Notes under the pieces: generated by a model
What the model was told of the DNA's origin: nothing
The model's input: the letters and a program-made list of their open reading frames with translations, nothing else
The model's database searches: none
In this document: positions 1 to 11,851 of the stretch, piece by piece
Numbering within the stretch: the first letter of the stretch is position 1
Layout: each line of letters begins with the position of its first letter
From: Klebsormidium nitens
Lineage: Eukaryota; Plantae; Klebsormidiophyceae
Length of the DNA stretch: 64,000 nucleotides
Direction: 5' to 3'
NCBI GenBank assembly: GCA_000708835.1
Contig: DF237431.1
Span: forward strand, 6,590 to 70,589
Translations under genes and position numbers: made by a program

Positions 1-162
1 AGATCGTGGGATGAGAAGAAGGCGCCTTCATGCTCACCATCGATTACGTTTCAACAAATAGATTCAACCCAGTTATTTTGAGCTTGTACCAATGCTGCAA
101 CAAAGGCAAGGAAACCCTCTCATGTAGTCAATCTCATGACCTTTGCCTAAGTAGGTGCTCAC

Positions 163-368
163 CTCTGCTGCGCCCTTACAGATACAGAATCCGTATGACA
201 TCATCTCGAACTCTGGCGTTCCCATCCACGCAAGTAATCTCCAAGCGAAGAGAGCAGCGCAGGCAGCGAAGTACGCGGATACAACGATGATTTGGCTTCC
301 ATGATTGATCAGCCAGTATTTCCAGCGCTGACATCCACTTGCTCTTTGGCCCTCTAACGACATTGGAT
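163..368 (-). CDS. Internal exon of an RBOH/NADPH oxidase (ferric-reductase-like transmembrane) gene; gene runs off the left edge, other exons unresolved
   Basis: Acceptor (ttgatgcag) at 369 and donor (GAG|gtgagc) at 162. Translation ...WKYWLINHGSQIIVVSAYFAACAALFAWRLLAWMGTPEFEMMSYGFCICKGAAE parallels the RBOH TM1-TM2 segment (W..LF.WK...GYC.C.AKGAAE). Upstream EF-hand exons could not be assigned. Confidence 0.62.
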
Positions 369-3300
369 CTGCATCAAAAACAGGTTTTTAATGTCAGAAG
401 GCATTCTCTTTATATGCTTGAGTGTTGCGCAGTCCAAGAGTTTTTCTTTGATGAGCCCCGTATCTGATGTAAATCCTCTCGAGATGTTGACCTGAACCCG
501 ACAAGGTCGTTCACGCTGGCTTCGAAGGAAAATGAATTGCTTCAGCTTGAACGTAGTCCGCTGAAAACTATCTAACAGCTGCAATAAACATCGACAGTGC
601 CTCCAAGTGCAGGCGGGTGTAGAAAGGACCAGATAGTAAGCAGTCAGGATTGTCATCAGATACGCAACTCTAAAACAGTGGACTGACCAAGCCCCCCGTA
701 ACACGTGAATTTTGAACGTTCTCTGCTCTCTCGATTATACTGCAATTCGCCTCACCGCATGCTGAGTTCTCATGTGTTGCAGCAAATCTACTATCCGTTA
801 AACAGGTGTCGCAGCACAGACCAGAGAAGATGGCCACCTTTGGTGTTGGAACATGAATACCTCAGCTTGTCAACCGATCTCTGATAATCTGAAATAACAA
901 CTTACCTCTCTTGTCAGCAGGATCAAGTTGAACAGCTTTCGCCAAGCGCTTCGCTTGAAAGGAACGGCCTCAATATGACCATCCGCGCCCTCAGCACTAG
1001 GAACCTTTGAGAATCAAATGATTGCTAAGGTCAGAACATAGCAGAAACTTAAATCACACTCCGCGAGCTTTCAAAGTCCTCCTTTTGACTTCGTGTCCTG
1101 GATCTGGTCGAAGCTGCTCAGCACCTTCCCTCTCATCATTGCATCTGTTGATCCTTGTTCATGTTCCAGCCCGATGCCTAGTGTTGTTGGGGCGCAAAAC
1201 GCAAGCCCCTCCAAGCGACTCTATCGTTCGAGGGACCACTGGCACTGCGAGCTTGAATTCTACACCCTTCCACAGCTGCGCCGCCTTTATATCCGCTGGA
1301 AATGAGAGGACTCAGGACTGCAAATGCTGTAAGAAGCAACTGGACGGACATTCAGCGCTCGTGGAGCTTAAGGTTGCACGACCGTCAAGGCGGAATTTCA
1401 ACACTGGCGGGAATGAATATTTTAAATCACAAGGAGGACACCATCCTCGGCTGCTGAACGAGCACCGGGACTCCTCCCGCAACGTCACGCGCATGCTTTA
1501 CGTCATCTTAAGAAGTGAATCGTACACGTCAAACTCAACTTCAAAGCTAGAGTTGTGGCCGAAAGAGTTGGTGTCAATCCGGCGCCCGGGCTTCACGATC
1601 TTGGACCGCCCGGGTTCCTGCTGGGCCGCATGACGCGTCTTTCTGTCTTATAGGACTGGCCACAATCCCGCCACAATATTCTGCTTGATTAAGGTCTGCC
1701 TTGCGCACAATATGATCATGTCGATCTGGTCGGACCTAATAAAGCATTAGGCAAGTCTGCATCAGGTCAAGAAACTTCTAGTTGGTACGACGACCCTATA
1801 ACCAGAGCAGCCTTTCGACGTACAATAAGAACCTTACTCAATAATCACGCAAGGCGGGTGTATACTAAGCCGCGAGCCGACTCGATCCATCTTCTTGCTT
1901 CAGAGAGCAACGTGACTCACTGCCTCGAAAGGATATCGCTAGCGAAGGAAGCGAAGTTGCATGTGTGGCTGGACAGATAGCACCTCCTGGAACCCTTCAA
2001 TAATTTGCCAGCCGCCCTAGCTAGCTTATACATGGTCGACCAGAGCGAGCTCAATCTTGTACCGTAGTTCGGGTTGGTGCACATGCCGCCAGTCTGGCAT
2101 GAGCACAGGATTGATCGACTTCATAATTATCATGTACGTATACAATATTTATTCACGTGCATGAGTTAGTATGTTTCTGAAGCGATCGAGTCGTGACTCG
2201 TGAATCTTTGCAGGCGCGCACGGCTCCGGAATGAGATCAGCATTTTTCGCTCGTGCTATGAACCACTATGGTTGAATCATTTATTCACAAGATCATTGGA
2301 GCGCATACATGTAAGTTTGTGCGCGCATCCGAAATTCGTACAATATTTCGGGATGCATGATGATCTTGTTAATGAAGGCATGTGCAATTGCCGCACTTCT
2401 TCACCATGCTCTCCCATCCATTGCTCACTCTTTGCCGCCACTGATAACGTACTTCGAAAGAAATCTGCTCGAAGCTTGCATGCACTGCAAGCGACTTTAG
2501 AAGTATTTCGCCTTTGCAGTAATGTCTGAGCACATAATGCTTCTCTTCCAATTTGAAAGCAGATTGTGCGACAAATTGAGATCAACGATTGGCTCTTTTT
2601 CTTCGGCCACCGTATAATCAACTCGGTCCATTGAACATAGCATCAGTGACAGTTGCCTTCATGAGATCTTTGGCCTCAAAAGATATGCTAATCGAAAGTG
2701 TCTACTCGCCTTCACCAGCGAGCGCACCTTCTCCAGTAACCCTCCAAGGGGTCCAGCGCAGCAGCGCCTGCGCCCCTCTGCCCCTCCAAATCCAGCTTCT
2801 TGCGCAGCGGCAAGCGGGCCCTCTCGTTCAACCGTTTGGCCACGACGGGGTTCACAACGACTGGCGCAGACTCGCTAATGTCAACCTCCAAGGTTGGCCC
2901 GGGGCATCCCTTTAATCTTGCCGCCACCCGCACAGCGCACGCTCCCTGGTTTTCCCGCTCAGAAACTTCTCCTCGACCCCCTAGAGCAGCAACCGTTCAG
3001 CCTGTCGCTGATCAAGGAGCCGCTTCCCACCTGAAACCATTTCCTTGAAATTGGTCAATCTTCTCCAGGTCCGCAGGCTGTAGAGGTTCTGAAGCAGGAT
3101 CTTGGCTCGCGCAATAATCCGTGCGAACGACTCCCTCATTTGCCGTCCCTGACGGGCACTCGCCTCCGAGGAGGACCCCTGCACAGGGACCTCCCGCCAA
3201 TCTTTTGGGGGGGAGCCGTGCCCCCTCTTCCGAGATACTAGCAGCTGAAGCACCACCAGAACCCCCAGTATCCGTAGCCGAGGGCGGCCTTCATCCCCCA

Positions 3301-4923
3301 TTCGGTTTTCGATCTCTAAAGATCTGAGGCGCAGCACCAATGGGAGGGCACTGCGGCGATTGGCCCGCTCACAAAGGGATGGACGGCGGCGGCGGTGCCT
3401 CCATTCTGTGCGAGGAGCCCTTCAAATTACGAGGGGAGCGAGCTCCCTACTCTTGACGAGCTCCTCGCGGGCGTGGACGTGACAGGTGTACGCCAACGGG
3501 TCGCCTGGACAAGAGTTCAAATTTGGTCAGTGACTAGACCGATTGTCTCACCATTATCCAAGATGGCTATAAGCGACGGGAATTTGAGTTGAGTGACGGA
3601 ATCCTAAGTTTTTGGAAAGCATTGATGAAGACGTGCTTTCAGTGTCCAAAATTGAAGGCCGGATAGTTTTCGTTGTTCGTTCGATCAATGATAACGATCC
3701 CTTCGCTTGTTCGACTTTGCTGCTCAACTTTACAGCCACAAAGCTTTCGCTTCCAAAACTAGGCACTGACTAAGACAATTAGGTAGGATGAGAGGCAGCC
3801 TTGAATACCGGCATTGAAAGCTCAAGGGAGATGCATCATAACATGCTGAACCCTAACAAATGGGAGAAGACGGTGACTATTTGGTGGTCGAATGACCACA
3901 GTGCTTTCCTAGCAGTAAGAGATGCTGGATGATCCAAATTTTCATTTCAATCGAGCTCAACGCTTTCGAGATCCTCCCTCTCTCATATTCTGAACCATTG
4001 CATGAAGTCGAACGCTACGCTAAAGAACGCCAGCAACTGCAACTAGTCTTTCCTGGATAAAACCGCACCTGTAATCCCCAGCCACGCGCACTCGCTGCAC
4101 CCGACACTCAAAGCACCGCAGGTCGGGAATCTCGTTCGAGTCCATGCCCAATGTGATGTGCTGCAAGCAGGCCACCCGTGCAACGCCCTCCCGAAACCCG
4201 AACGCGTTGATGCTGGCAGTTGGCAAATTAGCACTGGCTCTTCAGCTTCAGCTTCTTGACGTGGATTTCCCACAGGCGTTTCTAGGCAGGAGCTCCTTGG
4301 TGCCGCCGTAGGTCCTGCCAGAATGGGAGCAATGGTGTGAATAATCTCAAAAAAGACGGGTTGCACTTTCGCAGTGACCCTGGATTTGCTTCAATAAGAA
4401 TACTTACGTGGCAAAGGCCGAAGCGAACAGGACCCTTGAACGACACCATTTCTGTTCAACCCAAGCTGGAGCTACGAATTCAGAAAGCGTCGGTCCATCT
4501 GCTGAAGGAGCTCCAACGGCACAGGTCCGCACCAAATTGGACGAAGCAACGTTCATCGAAAGTTGCAGCTTCACTCGAGCTAGCTGTCAGGTCGCAAGTG
4601 CATATGAGTGACGCCAGTTGGATAAGAAGCACAGGTCCTAACGTCATGTGAGAAGCTGCAACAGGCTGCGAGCTCACGGTGACGTAAGGACAGTAACTCA
4701 CATGAAGTTTATGACGTTATTCAGCGGGAACGACATCCTGGGTGCTTGTGGTTGGTTCCTGAGGTGACTCCCTGCACTCAAACTGATAGCCTCAGAAGAG
4801 ATCTCCTGTTGGAGGCTAAGATACACCGCTGAAGGACAACGGACGTTTATGAGTACAATGAGCACGACATAGAGACACCAGTCAGACCCAAGCAACCCAT
4901 TGCAAGCAGGACGTTTGGACACA

Positions 4924-7900
4924 TCAGCAGCTACTCAAGAAAGCAAAAAAGCAACAAAAAGGCCTTGTGTCGCAGACGATGCACCAGAGGCGCCAGGCCC
5001 ACCTGCACTCCAGAAGCTTTTGCAAGGCCTCCTCCTCAGGCGTCCACGTCATCTGCCGCAACATCTCCTCTTCCTGGACCTCCCCCCACTTCCGCTTCTT
5101 CGGGGCGCCCATCATCTCCTTCTGCTCCTGCCGGACCGTCTCCTGATGAACCGTAAGCCCCTCCTTCCCTGAATTTTCACTCTCCGGGGCCTGTTCCAAG
5201 GATTCAGGAGCAGCCTTCTCCGTCTCGCTCGGCGCAGCCCCGGCCTCGGGAACCCCCTCCGGAGCTTTCCTCTGCGGGATGCGCGCCCGCACGCCTTCCT
5301 GCGCGCTCTCCTCCGCCTGCGCTTGCTCCCGGTCCTGCTCCGGAGACTCCGGCGCAAAGCCCAGGAAGCCGGCGGTCGGTGACGTCAGCCAGTTCTGGTC
5401 GCCGGGAAGGTCCTCCACGGCTGGGAAATCGAGGATGTCGCCGATGTCCAGGTTGGCCGTCCCAGCGGGGTTCGACTCCCCAGGCCGCTCGCCAGGTTTC
5501 TCGCCAGCTTGCGTGGTTTGTCCAACTTCTACGAGAGGTCCCACTTCGCTTGCTTGGCCCTCTTGATCCGGCGGACCCGCTTCGACGGACTGCACGAGTT
5601 CCAATGCCCTCATCGTCTCTGTGGGTTGCTCAACTTCGGGGGCTTCTCCGAGTTCCTCCCGCCTCTCTTCCTGCCCGCCCCCCTGCTCCGCCTCCGCTCT
5701 CTTCTCCCCCTGCATGCGGTCCTTCCGAGCCTGCAGCCACGCCAGCCGTTTCGCGCCAGCTGTCACGCTCTCCCGCAGCCACGCGGGCACCATCGAGCGC
5801 CGCGCCTGCAGCTTGCGCACCGTCAGCTTGCGGAGCATCGCCTCCTCTTCCTCCGACAGCGGCAGGCTGTCGCGCGCAGCCCGCTCATCCTCGCCCAACA
5901 AAAGCTCGCTGATGGGGGGCGAGAGAGCAGGGAAGCCGAGCTGGGGGTTCGGGGCTCCCAGGGCCAACACCGCAGGTTCTTCTGGTATTTGGATTGAGGT
6001 AGTGGCAGGTGCAGGCAGGCTGTTTTTCGTGGGAACCCCCACAGGGAGGCTTTCCCTTGGTCGAGTGTCTGGTTCTGACACCGCCTCTACCCCGCCCTCT
6101 GCAACAGAGACTGGACCCGGCTCCTGGGGGGCAGCGACATCGCCGTTTGACTTTTCCATGGGAGTAGCCGTTTGAGTGCCCGCTGACCCCCCCATGTACT
6201 TGAGCATGGCCGCCGCATGCTCCGAGTGCGCGGCCTGCATCCGCCCCGGGCCCTCTTCCGGATTCTGCGAGGCGACCTGCTTCGCAGCAGGGGGCGCGCC
6301 GGCCTGGGCCTCCCGCAGCTTGTAGCGCCCCCCCGCCACCTCCTCAAACAGCCCGCACTCCAGCGCCTGCTGCAGCTTCACCTGCCCTTCCTCCGTGTCC
6401 AGCGGGAACTTCGACCACTTGCTCAGGAAGCTCTTGACCTCGTCCCGGCTTAGGCCCGCCTCGCCCGCCGGCTTGAACACCCGCGCACACTCCTCCACGA
6501 ACAGGACGTCCATGTCCTGCTTCCCCGCGCCCTTCTTCTTGGGCTGCTTCGGCTTGGGCGCCGGCTTCGGAAGGATCGGCCGGAACATCGGCCGACCGGC
6601 GTTGCTCGTCTGGGCGCGCGCGGCTTGCATTTGCTGCTGCATGTACAACGCCGCTGGAACCGCAACCTGGATGGGAGCACCCAAATGGCTTCTCCTAGCA
6701 GGGGGGCCCGGGCGCTGGTCGGATAGGGGGGTGCTGCCGATAGATAGGGGCGGGGCACCCGGTGGAGCCTTCTCGCCTGGTGCGTGCAAGTGCGCGACCT
6801 CGTATATGACGTTTGCGGCGGCCCCTTCGTCGTTGATCATCAGCTTCGTGGCAGGGCAGCCCGGAAAGGTGCAGGAGTAAATGCAGCCCGCACTGCCGTT
6901 GTCCCGCCTTTCCGCCGCCATCAACCAGTCGTACACATCCTCCACAGGGACCCCCTGGTAAACCTTCCCGAGCACTACAGCCTGGGGGGGAAGTTGCGGC
7001 GAGCGTTGCGCGGCTGGCGTCGGATTGGGGGCTCCGGTGCTGCCAGCTGGCAGGGACGAAGAGATCGACGGTGCGCTGCCCCCTGGCGCTGCAACCGCGT
7101 CGGTGACGTCCATGGGCATTGGGCCCTGACCATTTTCAATCAGATATATTTCTGGCTCGGTTGTCCCGTCTGGTCTCAGCTCCGGAGGTCTCTCGGCAGT
7201 GGCTGCTACACCGTTGGCCACTGGTAGCTGCAGGGCGAGAGGCCTAACCACGATCCCCGCCCCGACAGCCGGACCAGCCGACGGGCCCCCGTAAACGAAC
7301 CCGCCAAGAACGTCCCCCCTGCTCGAGCTCGGTTCCCCCGTTTCCTGTGGACCAGCACCGCTCGTGCCGGGCGCCCCGTCGTCCCCCTCCACACCGTCTT
7401 GAAGCAAGACCGCAACTGGCAGAGCTTGCTCCACTAGCGAAGGGTCCATGTCGACAATCATGTGCTGAGGGCCCCCCTCCATCATCTGCTTCGCCCGCTT
7501 CTTAGGCACGACTCCCGGTTCCCCAACTTTCCGCTGTCTCGGCCCGGTCCCGTTCGCCGCCCTCTCCTCGGCCGCTCTCTCCTTCGCAGCGGCCTTCTCT
7601 GCCGCTGCCTGCGCCCTCTGAGCCGCTTTCTCCGCTGCTACCCGTTTCTTCTCCGCCTCCTTCTGCTCCCGTGCCAGCTGGACCTGCTGCCGTTTCTCCG
7701 CGAGCTCGGCCTTCCACCCGTCCTTCTCTGCCGCGAGACGCTTTCTCTCCTCGGCCGCAGCTTCCATCTCCTCCTTGGTTCGGCGAGGCTTGGGGGTCGG
7801 GGCCGGCTTCTTCACTCGGACAAACGTCTCCATCTTCTCGGCGCGCTGCCGGGTGATTAATTGGTAGGCGTCTTGCCTGCGGGACATGAAAATATTGTTT

Positions 7901-10900
7901 AGCATTGAGCGAACACCCTGACCACAAAGACTACAAAGGAGCCTGCCGCATAAAAAGCTTGAGGTATTCCTGACGACTACTCTGGTCAAAGAAGCACTCG
8001 ACTCCTTGGACTGATCGACCCTGCCCCCCAATACAGCGGCGCGGGCCTCAGATCGGCTGATCAGGAACCTCCAGAAACCAAGTGGGAAGCCTTACAAGGA
8101 AACACAGCATCTGCTCATCTAAAGTCTCTAAGCAACCACATGATCCAGCTAGTGCGAGTCGCTCCTTGCCTGCCAGCTTTCATCCAGCAGTGCCAGGAAC
8201 AAGGTGGACAAAACCAAGGGTTCGTACCTGTACTGCTCAGCGTCCGTGATTGGAGAGGCCTTGTACTTGGCCACCCACTCCTCGACCAGGTCCCACTCCT
8301 TGAGCGCCTCAAGCTCCTCCTTCTTCGGCTGGTTCAGTACCTTGGGAGCCGCCATGTTATTCCCCTCGGGATGTAGAACCGACATGCCAGGGTCGGCGTG
8401 CTCCTTACACAGCATGGGCATGACGGCGCCTGCAGCAGCGAACGGAGGCCCCACGTGAGTCAACGTGCCTCCTAACAACAGCTTGGCTGGTCCTTGCGAG
8501 AGAGTAATCTTGACAGTTGGCCTCCTTGAATTTGTCCTGACACATATTGGAACCAAAAATTGCTGGGTGAGGTGAATCCAGGCATTTGGCAAGTGAAGAG
8601 AATAGCAGTGAAGGAGGCCTCTGGAGTTCAAGCTGGAGGTCAAATAGGGCTGCGGTGAAGCAAGTTGACGCGCACTGCTCTCACCTTCCGGCCCCATGGT
8701 CGCCCGGGCTGCGCACCCGAGCTTGAAGCAGCGGTCGTATGTGTCCTTCTTGCCGATCATGCCGCAGGCCGTGTGCCAGGAGCAGGCTAAGCGGAGGGAG
8801 AACCCAAAGATGCCGTTGGAGCCCGTCCTCTGGCAGCCCTCGACCCAGCACATCTTCCTGCGGTCGGCGTTCTTGGAGTGCATCTCACATAGGATGCCCT
8901 CTGGCATGCGCTCGCGCTTGCATTGCACGCGGCCTCTCAGCGGGCTGCAAGGTGGGATGGGGTAGTGACAAGAGTCAGGAAAAGTTGCCTTGCAAATGTT
9001 TGATCTAAAGAACCAGAGATTGTTACAAGTGATGGCAGATCGCCTCACCCAAAGAACGGCAGATGAAGCAGAGGAGGCAACCCGAAACTGTGTTCAGTAG
9101 GCAAATTGCGTCTCTCAACCTTTGTTGTCCTTGTGAAGTCCGGACAGCACATGAACACGGCATCCAAGACATAGCAAACTCAGACTACCTTGAATCACGC
9201 AAAAGGGAGGATGCTTCTCAGACCAGTCCGGTCCGACCGCGCAGACAACGAAGTTTTTGGCTTTCAAAGTAAAAGCAGGATCATGATCGTCTTCCTGCTC
9301 TGCGCAGCTAAGCGATCTAAGCGAAATAAGAGAGATGGTCTCCTCACTGCTGGGCCCAATACGTGCAGCGCTGCTCGTCTGGCACCGGGGGCACTTCGAT
9401 GGTTGGGGCAGCCACCGTGCCTTCTTTTGCCTTCTGCGCCCTCCGCCTCCGAAGCTCTACGTGGTGCTCGCACTGCTTGTACCCTTCCTTGCGGGGCCGC
9501 TTACACCTGCGCTGCTGCCCGATGCCAAAATCCCGGCTGTAGAACGTGCATCGCTCCTCGTCCGGGGGCACTGGCTCCGCCTGCTCAGTAGGCTTGGTGA
9601 ACCTGGGGACGGGACACGGTGTGTACGCTCGTAAGCTGCTGACTGGGGTTGTAAGAGTTCTAATGAAGCAAGTTAATGCTACGAACTCCAAGAAGGGGTC
9701 AGGCAACTGGCTTTCTGAGCACTATCCCATGATCTGGGCAGGACTCTCGCAGTGCATATAAATAGAAGCATGAACAACTCAATCGAGTCTTGCTGTCTTT
9801 CCTTTCAAAGAATTAAGCAGGAGGGCTCGGAGTTTGGAACATGCTCCAACTGTTGGCAGAGCCGAGAGACCTCAACAATGAAAGTAGCACTTTCCTTCAC
9901 ATTTTGATCATGATAGGAAAACAAGACCTTGAGGAAGGTAATCAACCCCTCCAAATCACCTTTTGCTTGTAAGTGGCAATCTTGTTACTCAAACAGGTTC
10001 TGAACAATGAGAACAAGCAATTCACCACGGGACTGTTCTACAGCCTCGGCCCTCCTTCCCATGAGCCTTGCAACCTATTACCCTAGCTAGACTGAGGCTC
10101 GTATACAGGTCTGAGTTCCTTTCCCAACTGCAGAGTTTCTCTCCCAACCGGGAAGCAACGCCCCAACTTGAGACGGCTCTAACTGGCGCAGGGCAAGTAA
10201 GCATCAACAGGATACATTCTCACCGTTTGCTCTCCCTGTCATTTGCCACCATGCCCTCCTCCTTATGCACCTCGCAGTGTGTGACTGACTGGCCAGGCCA
10301 GCCATATCGGGCATGCTTGAAGCACTGCAAATCATCCCTGCAAGAGATGAGCCAAAGCGGTAATGAGGCAATCGTCTTGGAGGAACCGTCAGTTAAGCAC
10401 CGTACTCAGCGAGGTGGTCAAGGATGGACTTCGGAATCACTAGCCAGGTCAAATTTATTTGACCATCTTTGCATTCAAAAACATTCTGTAGTCAGTGACC
10501 ATGGATTGGTCCAGATCAGGCATTGACAAGAGCTCAGCTTGCATCTTCAATAGGAGCTCACCTGTCAATTCAAACTGAAAGTAAAGTCTGAAGTGAAAGG
10601 CAAGTGTGGATAGGAAATGCTGTGGGCGACTAGAGTCACCATGCTATAAACAAATACACAGCTCGGACTGTGTTCTGAAATTACTGAGAATACTTCACAA
10701 TAGCAGCCACATTCAACAGTGCTCCTAAGCCAGCACCTACTGCCATTATAGTTTGATACAAGATGGAGCACCAAACTGCATAAAAATCCCTTTTAAAGCG
10801 ATCGTACATACGACATCATTCTGAATCTATAAGCAGACTCGTCTCAATGCGGTAAGAAAGAACCATGCTGCTCATACCTGGCACATAGAAACGTCCTTGA

Positions 10901-11140
10901 GAGCATCCCCTTCTCGCCATGATGTGTGCAGCGGCTATCCTTCTCCTCCCCTGGCCACCTGAGCACCGCCAGCCTCGAGCAGTTGTCTGCTGTACATAAA
11001 GCCCCGATCTTCGCCGTCGGCCCTGTCTTTGGCATTTTGGCGGGGTCTCTGGCGTTGCTGAGGCTAAGAGCAGCCTCCTTTTCGGGGCTATTGTACTTGC
11101 TGAGGACCATCTCCAGGGCCCCTTCATCTGCAGGAGCCAT
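4924..11140 (-). CDS. Large multi-exon putative nuclear/DNA-binding protein: EsV-1-7-like Cys repeats, 2 WRC-like C3H fingers, coiled coil, degenerate WRKY-like Zn finger, winged helix, low-complexity tail
   Basis: Phase-consistent exons: 11140-10878, 10337-10224, [linking exon(s) ~10130-9660 unresolved], ~9642-9348, 8944-8685, 8429-8228, 7876-5003 (donor) or read-through to the stop at 4924. Splicing reconstitutes motifs across introns, e.g. FLCAR|DDLQCFKHARYGWPGQSVTHCEVHKEEGMV, CTYWAQH|PLRGRVQCKRERMPEGILCEMH and CFKLGCAARATMGPEG|AVMPMLCKEHADPGM. Confidence 0.75.
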
Positions 11141-11501
11141 GGCTGCGCTCTTCGAGTAGCGCTCAGCCTGGATCTACTTACACCCCAACGGACAAGAATT
11201 GCAGCATGATGCCCGGTGCCTTGTTGTCTAAGCTGTCTAATCGGGCAAGAAGAACTCTCTAACCGACTGTTAAAGGAAGCGCAGTTGAGTGCCCCAAAAG
11301 GTATTGGGCGTCAGAGGCTGGAAAGAGATGAGCAGTCCTATGACTACATAAAGATGACACTACAAGTAAAGTTGACACAAGGGAATGCAATGGCACCAAA
11401 GCGCCAACCAAAACATGCTGATGAGGTCCAGCTGAAGACTTGGAAGAATCAAAAGGCAGGAGCCTGAGCAGTCCACTGTCCAGGAAGAAGCTCATCGGTT
11501 G

Positions 11502-11656
11502 CAACCCAGTCTCGTGCCTAAAATGGACGATCTCTCGGTTAAGTCCACGGCATCGATATCGATGGATCGACCAAGTTGAAACGGTGCAGTTCCCAAATCG
11601 ACTTTCGAGTTACCGTCCGATTTGCTTCCGGAAGACGACGACACCGACGACGACGG
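11502..11656 (+). repeat. Left terminal inverted repeat
   Basis: By hand alignment, about 104 of the first 122 nt match the reverse complement of 23583-23732. Contains the palindrome CATCGATATCGATG and an inner (GAC)n tract. Confidence 0.9.
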
Positions 11657-11851
11657 AAAGGCCAAAGGCGCTAACTCATGGGGCCTCAGACTTGTCTGAC
11701 CAGAGAAGTTCTAGGCTCAGCCTAGAGTCTAGGCTGGATGCTCAGTGTCCAGAGCAGGCTTTCATGCCGAGGCGCTAGCTGTGGCTCTGGAGGTCAGAAC
11801 AGGCTTGCTATTCGAGGTTTTGGAAGTTTGGTGAGGTTTTAGGGAAAGATC

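Noticed and set aside
4965-7927. Many overlapping alternate-frame and antisense ORFs (e.g. 5379-5912, 5621-6175, 6395-6880)
   Set aside because: Shadows of a GC-rich, stop-poor 2.9-kb coding exon; low-complexity products with no motifs.
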